Of a DNA stretch of 64,000 nt, positions 1 to 7,110 are shown in pieces. A model generated the notes under the pieces. It worked only from the letters and a program-made list of their open reading frames with translations. It did no database searches and was not told the origin of the DNA. Both the position numbers and the translations under genes were made by a program. Each line of letters opens with the position of its first letter. Position 1 is the first letter of the stretch. Source of the stretch: Elusimicrobiales bacterium (GTDB lineage Bacteria > Elusimicrobiota > Elusimicrobia > Elusimicrobiales > UBA9959); contig JAMPXK010000001.1 of NCBI GenBank assembly GCA_023701245.1, forward strand, positions 23 to 64,022, read 5' to 3'.

Positions 1-264
1 AAGCTCATCCTGGGCCCGGTGTTCAGCGTGATGGCCCCCGGCGGCGAAACGCTGGCGCTGGTGAAGCCGCAGTTCGAACTGCAGGCCGCGGACCTGCGCC
101 GCGGGATAGTTAAGGACGAAGCTACGCGCCTGGGCGTCATGGACGGGATGCGCGCCTTCCTGAAGGAAAGCCTGCCCGTAGTGAAAGAACTGGGGCTTAC
201 CGACTCGCCCATAAAAGGCGCGAAAGGCAACCTGGAATTCCTGTGGTACCTGAAAAAGAAATAG
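1..264 (+). CDS. tlyA: TlyA-family rRNA 2'-O-methyltransferase/hemolysin, C-terminal fragment (5' end outside window)
   Basis: Frame 1 is open from nt 1. C-terminal signature LVKPQFE...SPIKGAKGNLEFL is typical of TlyA/FtsJ-like proteins. Stop TAG at 262-264. Confidence 0.75.
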   Translation, partial: KLILGPVFSVMAPGGETLALVKPQFELQAADLRRGIVKDEATRLGVMDGMRAFLKESLPVVKELGLTDSPIKGAKGNLEFLWYLKKK

Positions 265-1394
265 CCGGCGGCAGGCCCGGGCCCGCCTGCGTGGTCTGGG
301 AACTTACCCTGGCCTGCAATTTGAAATGCCTGCATTGCGGCTCTACCGCCGGCGGCCGGCGCGCCGCCGAGCTTTCCCCGGCGGAGGCGCTGGCCCTTTG
401 CGAGGACTTTAAACGCGCCGGCGCGCGTGGCGTGGCGCTGATGGGCGGCGAACCGCTGCTCCGGAAAGATTTTTTCGGGATCGCGGCCAAGGTGCGGGAA
501 CTTGGCATGGAGCTTTCGGTCATTACCAACGGCACCGTGCACGGCGAAGAGGTTTTCTCCCGGCTGGCGGCGCTGAAGCCGCGGGCCGTGGCCGTGAGCC
601 TGGACGCCGCCGACCCGGCGCTGCACGACAGGATACGCGGCGTGCCCGGGTCTTTCCAAAAAACCAGACTCTTCATGGAGCGCTGCCTGGCCGCCGGGCT
701 GCCGCTCAGCGTGATCACTACCGTCCACAAGCTGAATATAAAGGAACTCCCCGCTTTGCGGGACCTGCTCAAGGGGCGCGGCATAGCCTGGCAGGTACAG
801 ACCGCCGGCGGCGAAGGGGGGCGTTTTTCCCGCGAGCTGCTGCTGGACCGGGAGGAGTTCTACTCGGTGGGCATGTTCGTGGAGGCCTGCCGGCGGGAAT
901 ATCCACCGGAAGAATTGCCGGTCATCGGCGCGCATGACCTGGGCTATCATTCCCTGCTGCTCAAGAACGTTTCGCTGTACGAAAAGTGGGAAGGCTGCCA
1001 GGCCGGCGTTTCGGTGGCCGGCGTGCGCAGCGACGGGGGCGTGCTGGGCTGCCTGGCCATCAATGACGACAGATTCCTGGAAGGGAACGTCCGCGAAAAG
1101 AGCTTTACGGAGATCTGGAACGCCGCGGGCGGCTTCGCCTATACCCGCGGCTTTACCCGGGCCCAGGCGGGGCCCGGCTGTTCGGATTGCGGCCACGCGG
1201 AGTCCTGCCGCGGCGGCTGCAGCGAGATGTCGCTGATGAAGACCGGCCGTCTGCACAACGATCCCTACTGTTTCGCCCGCATAGAGCAGGAACTCTTCCC
1301 GGAAGAGCTGCCCGGCACCCTGCGGCGCCTGGCCGGCCGCGCCGCGGGCTCCTTCGCCCGGCTGGGCCTTTTCTTTTCCGGTAAACGCGGCTGA
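243..1394 (+). CDS. Radical SAM enzyme with C-terminal SPASM-type auxiliary Fe-S domain
   Basis: 383-aa ORF. CNLKCLHCGS is a CxxxCxxC motif near the N-terminus, and GGEPLL is a SAM-binding motif. C-terminal Cys-rich block: CQAG..DGGVLGC...CSDCGHAESCRGGCS...DPYC. The GTG start at 243 overlaps the tlyA stop; exact start uncertain. Confidence 0.85.
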   Translation: MVPEKEIAGGRPGPACVVWELTLACNLKCLHCGSTAGGRRAAELSPAEALALCEDFKRAGARGVALMGGEPLLRKDFFGIAAKVRELGMELSVITNGTVHGEEVFSRLAALKPRAVAVSLDAADPALHDRIRGVPGSFQKTRLFMERCLAAGLPLSVITTVHKLNIKELPALRDLLKGRGIAWQVQTAGGEGGRFSRELLLDREEFYSVGMFVEACRREYPPEELPVIGAHDLGYHSLLLKNVSLYEKWEGCQAGVSVAGVRSDGGVLGCLAINDDRFLEGNVREKSFTEIWNAAGGFAYTRGFTRAQAGPGCSDCGHAESCRGGCSEMSLMKTGRLHNDPYCFARIEQELFPEELPGTLRRLAGRAAGSFARLGLFFSGKRG

Positions 1395-1413
1395 TTTTTC
1401 ATAGAATATCCAC

Positions 1414-2253
1414 ATGCTGATAGTGGCGGGCTCTAAAGCGTACGATGAGGCCGAATGGCTGCTCTCCAACGGGGCGGCCGAGGTCTATTGCGGCGTGCCG
1501 GGCCTGCCCAACCACCGCGACGCGGACCAATGCCTGAAAGACGACGGCGAGTTCGTGAGCATCGCCAAAATGGCCAGGGCCAAAGGGCGTCGGGCGCTGC
1601 TGGCCATGAACGAGGCTTGTTTCGAAGAGGATTATCCCGTGGTGGCGGCCCGGGTAAAAGCCATATTGAAGCAGTGCAAAGTCCCGGTCATAATCCGCGA
1701 ACTGCCGCTGCTGCATTATCTTCGCAAGAACGGCGTGAAGGCTGAGTTCATCATCAGCAGCCTTTCGCTGGTCTTCAATTCCAGGGCGCTGGAATATTAC
1801 AAGAACCTCGGCGTGAAACGGGTCATCCTGCCTTTCCACCTTATGCCTTACGAGGCCGGCCGGATAATAGGCAACCGTTTCGGCATGGAGACCGAGATCT
1901 TTTTTCACGCCGATTTCTGCTGTCCCAATATGGACCCGGCCTGCCGGCTGGACGGCTGGCTTAAGTCCTTCCAGGTCTGCCGTTTTCATTATACTTCCAG
2001 CGGCAAAGCCCACCGCATGCCCGAGGCCAATGTGCCCCAGAAGCTGGACATGGTCTATGACGCTTTCCACGCCGGAATCGACTACCTGAAGATCATCCGC
2101 GTTACCGATTTCAAAGACCAGCAGGAAGTGCTCAGGGAAGCCAGGGTAATGCTGGCCCTGCTGGAGAAAGGCGTGTCCCGAGAAGATTTCAGGAAGTTGG
2201 GCGAGAAGCTCTATTTCTCCGTCTCGCGACACGGCGGGAGGACCGGCCGATGA
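1414..2253 (+). CDS. Peptidase-U32-family protein, UbiU-like (module 1, subunit A1)
   Basis: 279 aa. Layout matches U32/UbiU as I recall it: GAAEVYCG near the N-terminus, KRVILPF, then ETEIFFHADFCCPNMDPACRL resembling the U32 signature. Cys169/170/177/189 are conserved with paralog A2. Confidence 0.7.
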   Translation: MLIVAGSKAYDEAEWLLSNGAAEVYCGVPGLPNHRDADQCLKDDGEFVSIAKMARAKGRRALLAMNEACFEEDYPVVAARVKAILKQCKVPVIIRELPLLHYLRKNGVKAEFIISSLSLVFNSRALEYYKNLGVKRVILPFHLMPYEAGRIIGNRFGMETEIFFHADFCCPNMDPACRLDGWLKSFQVCRFHYTSSGKAHRMPEANVPQKLDMVYDAFHAGIDYLKIIRVTDFKDQQEVLREARVMLALLEKGVSREDFRKLGEKLYFSVSRHGGRTGR

Positions 2254-2957
2254 AGCCCGAAAGCGCCCTGCAGTTGAGCGCGCCCGCCCTGCGGGCCGCG
2301 GCTCCCGCCGCGCTTAAGAAGCACGGGCTCCTGTATCTGGGCGACGAGTTCTGTCAGAACCTGGTGCCTTCGCCCGAAGATTTCGCCCTGGCCCTGCGCA
2401 AATTTCCCGGCCGTGTGGTCCTGGTGACGCCGCTGCTCACCGACGCCGCTTTCGACTCCGTAGAAGCGATCGTTAAAGCTCACTCTTCCCCGCGCCGCCG
2501 CCTGGAGGTGGTGGTCAACGACCTGGGCCTGCTGCATACGTTCAAGGCCCGCTATTCACACCGGGTGCTGGTTTCGCTAGGCCGGGTTTTCGCCCACAGG
2601 GTGAAGGTGATGCCGCGCAAGTTCGCCGCCGGTTTCCTTAAAGAACACAATGTGAAGCGCGTGGAGCTCGACGACCCGGCGCTGCTGCCGCGTTTCGAAG
2701 GCCTCGGCCTGAAATTCTCCTTTCATACGGGATTCCGCTACGTGTCCGTCACCCGCTTCTGCCCGTGGGAACTGCATTGGCCCGGTGCCTGCGGCCATGC
2801 CTGCTCCGGGCGGGTCAAAAAGCTGGAGCACCCGCGCCTCCCAGCCCCGCTGTTCCTGAGAGGGCAGGCTTACGGCCTGAAGACCGGCGCCGCGCCGAGC
2901 CACCCGGCCATAAACAGGCTGGTGCGCGAACCCCTTCCTGCCGGGGGCCGCAAATGA
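2250..2957 (+). CDS. Peptidase-U32-family protein, UbiV-like (module 1, subunit B1)
   Basis: 235 aa. ATGA overlap with A1. LLYLGDEFC resembles the UbiV VIYLGEAVC region, followed by NDLGLL. Four Cys (35, 171, 181, 185) lie in the RFCPWE..W..ACGHAC context. Confidence 0.6.
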   Translation: MKPESALQLSAPALRAAAPAALKKHGLLYLGDEFCQNLVPSPEDFALALRKFPGRVVLVTPLLTDAAFDSVEAIVKAHSSPRRRLEVVVNDLGLLHTFKARYSHRVLVSLGRVFAHRVKVMPRKFAAGFLKEHNVKRVELDDPALLPRFEGLGLKFSFHTGFRYVSVTRFCPWELHWPGACGHACSGRVKKLEHPRLPAPLFLRGQAYGLKTGAAPSHPAINRLVREPLPAGGRK

Positions 2958-3799
2958 AAACCGTGGTGGGGGTTAAGACCTACGACGAAGCGGCCACTAT
3001 GCTGCGCCTCGGGGCCGACGAACTTTACGGCGGGCTGGCCGCCATTCCCAACCACCGCCTGCCCGCCCAGTCCTTCCAGTCCATGGACGAGTTGAAGGCC
3101 GCGGTGCGGCTGGCGAAAAAAATGGGCCGGCGCTTCTCGCTGCTGGTCAACCAGCCTTCCTTCGGGACCAGGTATAAGAAAACTCTGGCCGTGGCGCAGG
3201 AGCTGGACTCCCAAGGCCTGGGCGCCTGCATAGTGCGCGAACTGCCGATGCTGGAAAGCCTGCGCGCCCTGAAGCTGAAGGCGCGGCTTACGGTCAGCAG
3301 CCTCGCACTTTGCTTCAACCTGCCGGCCATGCGCAGGTACAAGCAGTTGGGCGCTTCACGGGTGGTGCTCCCTTTTCAACTGCTGCCGTCCGAAGCGGCG
3401 CCGCTGATAAAGAACCCCTACGGGCTGGAGACGGAGGTGTTCTTCCACGCCGATTTCTGCTGCGCCAATATAGACCCGGCCTGCCGCCTCTGGAACCTGA
3501 CGCACCGGGACCAGACCTGCCGCTTTTCCTACAAGGGCCCCGGCGGCCGCTGGCGCATGCCCGAGGCCAATGCCCGGGAAAAGATGCGCGCCGTCTACGG
3601 CTTTTACCACAGCGGGGCGCAGTACCTCAAGATCATCCGTATGAACGATTTCGCCGAGGAGCTGGAAGTCTTCAAGTTCGCCCGCATCATAGACCGCCTG
3701 CTCAAAAAAGGCCAGTCCGAGGAGGAGTTCTGCCGGCTGGGGGAAAAACTTTATTTCACCGTATCGCGGCACGCGAGGAGCGCATGGAAAAAGCGCTAG
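2954..3799 (+). CDS. Peptidase-U32-family protein, UbiU-like (module 2, subunit A2; paralog of 1414-2253)
   Basis: Internal ATG at 2954 forms an ATGA overlap with the B1 stop. The 281-aa product aligns end to end with A1 (PNHR, RELP, SSL.L.FN, ETEVFFHADFCCANIDPACRL, RMPEAN, YLKIIR, LGEKLYF.VSRH). The upstream part of the 2765 ORF overlaps B1 and is Arg/Pro-rich junk. Confidence 0.7.
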   Translation: MKTVVGVKTYDEAATMLRLGADELYGGLAAIPNHRLPAQSFQSMDELKAAVRLAKKMGRRFSLLVNQPSFGTRYKKTLAVAQELDSQGLGACIVRELPMLESLRALKLKARLTVSSLALCFNLPAMRRYKQLGASRVVLPFQLLPSEAAPLIKNPYGLETEVFFHADFCCANIDPACRLWNLTHRDQTCRFSYKGPGGRWRMPEANAREKMRAVYGFYHSGAQYLKIIRMNDFAEELEVFKFARIIDRLLKKGQSEEEFCRLGEKLYFTVSRHARSAWKKR

Positions 3800-4470
3800 C
3801 GCTGGAGGCCTGCGGGCCCGAAGATATACGCGCCATCCCCGCCGGGTGTAAGGCCGTGGTGATAGGTTCGGAATTCTGCTCCGGCCTGCTGCCGGCCCCG
3901 GCGCAGGCCCGCGCCCTGAGGCAAGCCTTTAAGGGCAAGATAGTACTGGCCACCACGCTGCTGACGCAGGCCGCGCTTGAAAAAGCAATTGCGCTGGTAA
4001 AGATAATTTCAACGGGCGGGCCCGCCGGGGTTATAGCTAACGACCTGGGCCTGCTGGAAGCGCTGCGCGCCCGAAAGAAATCCCCGCCGGTGAACTGCGG
4101 CCGCATCCTGGCGCACCGGGTGAAGATCATGCCGGAGGCTTACGCTAAGGATTTCCTCGCCCGCTATCGCATCGCCGGGTTCGAAGCGGACGACGCCGCC
4201 ATACTCAAGCGGCTCGAACCTTACGGCCTGCCTTTCTCCTGGCATTACCCTTTCCGTTACGCCACCGTCACGCGGTTCTGCCCCTGGGAGAACCGCTGGG
4301 CCGAAGGCTGCGGCCGCTCCTGCCTGGGGCGGGCCCGCAAGTTAACGAGCCCGAGGCTGCCCGGGCCGCTCTGGCTGCGCGGCTGCGCCTACTTCGTGAA
4401 AGGCAACGCCCCGCGGCGCGGCTCGGCGCGCAGCGTGTATACGCCGCCGGCGGCCAAAAATGAAATATAA
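3784..4470 (+). CDS. Peptidase-U32-family protein, UbiV-like (module 2, subunit B2; paralog of 2250-2957)
   Basis: ATG at 3784 (16-nt overlap with A2). The 228-aa product aligns with B1 (GSEFC, NDLGLL, HRVKIMP, TVTRFCPWENRWAEGCGRSC). Cys32/166/176/180 have the same 10/4 spacing as B1. Confidence 0.6.
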   Translation: MEKALALEACGPEDIRAIPAGCKAVVIGSEFCSGLLPAPAQARALRQAFKGKIVLATTLLTQAALEKAIALVKIISTGGPAGVIANDLGLLEALRARKKSPPVNCGRILAHRVKIMPEAYAKDFLARYRIAGFEADDAAILKRLEPYGLPFSWHYPFRYATVTRFCPWENRWAEGCGRSCLGRARKLTSPRLPGPLWLRGCAYFVKGNAPRRGSARSVYTPPAAKNEI

Positions 4471-5446
4471 ACTGAACCTGGGCTGCGGCTATAACCGCCT
4501 GGAAGGCTGGCTCAACCTGGACGCCAGCCCGGAGTCCGCGGCCGACCGGCTGATGCCGGCGCATGACCTGGCCTTCCCGGACGGGTCGGCCGCAGTGGCG
4601 CGGGCCGCGCAGCTGATTGAACACCTGGGCTTTTTTAAAGCGAAATTTTTCCTGTCCGAGTGCTGGCGCGTGCTGGAAACAAACGGCCGGCTGGAACTGG
4701 AGACTCCTGATATAGAAAAAACTTTCAGGATCTTCCTGGCCGGCGGCCACGCGGTGAAAGAAGCGGCGCTGGGCTGGGTTTACGGTTCTGAAACCCCCGG
4801 GATGAACCACCTGTACTGTTTCCCCGCGGCCCTGCTGGAAGAACTGCTGGCGGAAGCCGGTTTTTCCGCCATTAAAACGGAGGAATTCCTGTTCCAGCCT
4901 GCGCGCCCCGCGCTGCGCCTGGAGGCCGTGAAGAAGGAGTGCGAGCAGGCGGCCCTGAACGCCGCCCTGCGCCGCCGCCTGCTGGACGAGGGGACAGCTG
5001 TTTTCTCCGACGAGGAGACCAGCGCCGGCCTGGACCAGGCCATCCGCAGGCTTACCGCCTGCGGCGGAAAGCCCGGGGCCGCTCTGGAGGCCGCGCTTTG
5101 CAGCGCTCCCGCCGCGCTGGCCTATTTTTCCATAACGCAGGAGAACGAACATCACCAGTCTGCCGAGGCGGCCGCCTGCGCCCGGCTTTGCGGCTGGCGG
5201 CTGCAGGGCAGGCTGGCCGCGGCTTATGCAGGCGCGCTGGCCGGCGGTCTTGACGAGGAAAAGGCTTTCGCCGCCGCCCTGGCTGCCGGCCGGCAGATCC
5301 TGGCCGCGGCCCTCGCCGGCGCCGCGCAGGCGCCGGGGCCCGAACCGGCGGCCGGCGCCCCCGGAGCGTTCACGCCAGGGGCCGCCCGCGCCTGGGCCTT
5401 CCGGCGTAAATACGGCGAAACGGGGGATTTGCGGGGGGCAGGGTAA
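4460..5446 (+). CDS. Class I SAM-dependent methyltransferase with ~170-aa Ala-rich C-terminal extension
   Basis: 328 aa. N-terminal LNLGCG motif I-like, FPDGS, VLETNGRLELETP (Methyltransf_11/23-like). The C-terminal half is low-complexity Ala/Leu-rich and helical-looking. The start overlaps B2 by 11 nt. Confidence 0.7.
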   Translation: MKYKLNLGCGYNRLEGWLNLDASPESAADRLMPAHDLAFPDGSAAVARAAQLIEHLGFFKAKFFLSECWRVLETNGRLELETPDIEKTFRIFLAGGHAVKEAALGWVYGSETPGMNHLYCFPAALLEELLAEAGFSAIKTEEFLFQPARPALRLEAVKKECEQAALNAALRRRLLDEGTAVFSDEETSAGLDQAIRRLTACGGKPGAALEAALCSAPAALAYFSITQENEHHQSAEAAACARLCGWRLQGRLAAAYAGALAGGLDEEKAFAAALAAGRQILAAALAGAAQAPGPEPAAGAPGAFTPGAARAWAFRRKYGETGDLRGAG

Positions 5447-5471
5447 ATATTATACGCTTTAGAAATGGAAG

Positions 5472-5498
5472 GGGCGGGCCGTTGTGCCGCCCTTTTTT
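5472..5498 (+). terminator. Rho-independent terminator after the methyltransferase gene
   Basis: GGGCGG / CCGCCC stem (about 5472-5477 / 5487-5492) followed by TTTTTT at 5493-5498. Confidence 0.6.
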
Positions 5499-5559
5499 GT
5501 TTTAGCGCTCGTAAAATACCGGAACTTGTTTCCGGATATACATCACAGGAGAAACTACA

Positions 5560-5748
5560 ATGAAGAAAACGCTGATATTCGCCCTTCCCCTGGTGGCCCT
5601 CATGCTGGCCGCCGCCTGCAAGAAGCAGGAGGCCGCCCAGCCTGAAGCCCCTGCTCTCGAGCAGGTGGCCGGCACCGCTTCCGAGGCCGCGCCCGCCGCT
5701 GCCCCGGCCGCTGCCCCGGCCGCTGCCCCGGCCAAGACCGGGAAGTAA
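5560..5748 (+). CDS. Small lipoprotein (62 aa) with AAAP repeats
   Basis: AGGAG SD 9 nt upstream. MKKTLIFALPLVALMLAAAC is a signal peptide plus lipobox (LAAAC). Flanked by terminators on both sides. Confidence 0.65.
   Translation: MKKTLIFALPLVALMLAAACKKQEAAQPEAPALEQVAGTASEAAPAAAPAAAPAAAPAKTGK
5695..5733 (+). repeat. Perfect 12-bp tandem repeat (GCCGCTGCCCCG x3 plus partial) inside the small lipoprotein gene
   Basis: Read directly: units at 5695-5706, 5707-5718 and 5719-5730, encoding (AAAP)n. Confidence 0.9.
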
Positions 5749-5767
5749 GCCGCTGCCAGGACTGAAT

Positions 5768-5799
5768 GCCGGCGCCGTTCGCGGCGCCGGCTTTTTTTT
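5768..5799 (+). terminator. Rho-independent terminator
   Basis: GCCGGCGCCG (5768-5777), loop TTCG, CGGCGCCGGC (5782-5791), then T8 (5792-5799). Confidence 0.85.
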
Positions 5800-5866
5800 G
5801 CTCTCAAAATTGATTAGACTATTCTTTCGGACGGCGCAGGCGCCGCCGCGGCGGAGGGGTAAACTC

Positions 5867-6169
5867 ATGAGAAAACTTTACGAACTAGGGGCGAAGACCG
5901 GCCTGGACAGGGCCGAAGTGAACCGGATAGCCAAATTCGGCGTGCTGGGGCTGCTGGCCCTGGGCCTGGCTTCGCTGGCCGCCTGTTTCAAGGCGCAGAA
6001 GCCGGCGGAGCCCGCTGCCTCCAAACCTACGCTCCAGGACCTGGTCAACTCGGTCAACGCCAGTACCGATACTTCCAAGCCGCAGGATAATTGCGGCCCT
6101 TACCCCGGGTATCCCTGCGGCACGCGTTATTACACGGTCAGCCGCGGCGATTTCAGGAGGCAGGCATGA
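5867..6169 (+). CDS. Hypothetical lipoprotein (100 aa)
   Basis: ATG at 5867 is preceded by GGAGGGG. Hydrophobic segment FGVLGLLALGLASLAAC has a lipobox. An in-frame GTG at 5918 would give a more canonical signal peptide, so the start is uncertain. Confidence 0.55.
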   Translation: MRKLYELGAKTGLDRAEVNRIAKFGVLGLLALGLASLAACFKAQKPAEPAASKPTLQDLVNSVNASTDTSKPQDNCGPYPGYPCGTRYYTVSRGDFRRQA

Positions 6170-7110
6170 ACTTTTTTCTTAAATCCCTGGCGCTGGTGTT
6201 CCTGCTTTGCAGCCAGGCCGGCGCGCTGGACTGTCCCCGCGGCGAAGAAAAGGCCGAGGACTGCCCCTGGGCCGGCGCCGCGCGCCTTCTGACGGAACGC
6301 GCCGAAAAAAAAGAACCGCTGGAACCGGTCTTTTCGGCGCAGCTGCCCGGCCTGCTGCGGCAGCTGGATATGGACCGCGCCTCCCCGGCGCTGCAGCTCT
6401 GGGGCGAGAGCATAAATTTCGACGAACTGGCCAAAGGCACCATAGTGCACCCAGGGATACTGGAGTTCCTTTCCTCCCGCCTGGGCGCGCCCCAGCCGAA
6501 GGGCAGGATAGCGCACGCCGGCCTGGAGCATACCTACGGGTATCTTTTCAGCCTGCTGCCCACCAAGTTCGGCTTCAAGCGCGCGCGCTGGGTGCGCCCC
6601 GACATAGAGGACGGCCTGGGCCTGCCGCGCGGCAGCGCCGGCCCCGCTCCCTCCGAGGGTACGCTGCTGGCCAATATAACCTGCCTGGCCGGGGGCATAG
6701 CGCTCAAGGACGACCCCGCCGCCGCGGCCCTGCTGCAGCGGATGGCGCCGTATTGCGGTTCCGCCGTGCGGGCCTACGCCGCGCGGCCGCTGAAGCGCGG
6801 CCGGCTCACCGAGGAAGTTTCCCTGCCCGGCGGGCGCCAGGTGACACTGCGCACCGATTTCGCTCCCTTCAAAGCCGTTTACGGCGGCAATACCCACCTG
6901 CTGGTCTATTCCGTCTACGATTCCGCCATCCGCCGGGCCTACCTGGTGACGGCCTTTCCCGTGAACGCGGGTTTTGTGAACAACGCGCTTTCGCCTTCCG
7001 GCCTGGGGGCCGGCAAGCCGGTGCAGACGCGCTATAACGCCCACGTGGAAGGGCTTACCGGCGCCGGCAAGCTGAAGGGCAGCAGGACCGTTACGATCAT
7101 AGAACAATGA
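6166..7110 (+). CDS. Secreted hypothetical protein (314 aa)
   Basis: ATGA overlap with the upstream gene. N-terminal signal peptide MNFFLKSLALVFLLCSQAGA. No family recognised. Confidence 0.6.
   Translation: MNFFLKSLALVFLLCSQAGALDCPRGEEKAEDCPWAGAARLLTERAEKKEPLEPVFSAQLPGLLRQLDMDRASPALQLWGESINFDELAKGTIVHPGILEFLSSRLGAPQPKGRIAHAGLEHTYGYLFSLLPTKFGFKRARWVRPDIEDGLGLPRGSAGPAPSEGTLLANITCLAGGIALKDDPAAAALLQRMAPYCGSAVRAYAARPLKRGRLTEEVSLPGGRQVTLRTDFAPFKAVYGGNTHLLVYSVYDSAIRRAYLVTAFPVNAGFVNNALSPSGLGAGKPVQTRYNAHVEGLTGAGKLKGSRTVTIIEQ

Noticed and set aside
2765-2953. N-terminal extension of the 344-aa ORF (track start 2765) and the analogous extension 3310-3783 of the 386-aa ORF
   Set aside because: The extensions overlap the preceding well-supported genes in another frame and are Arg/Pro/Gly-rich. 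The paralog alignments begin exactly at the internal ATGs (2954 and 3784), which also give ATGA or short overlaps.
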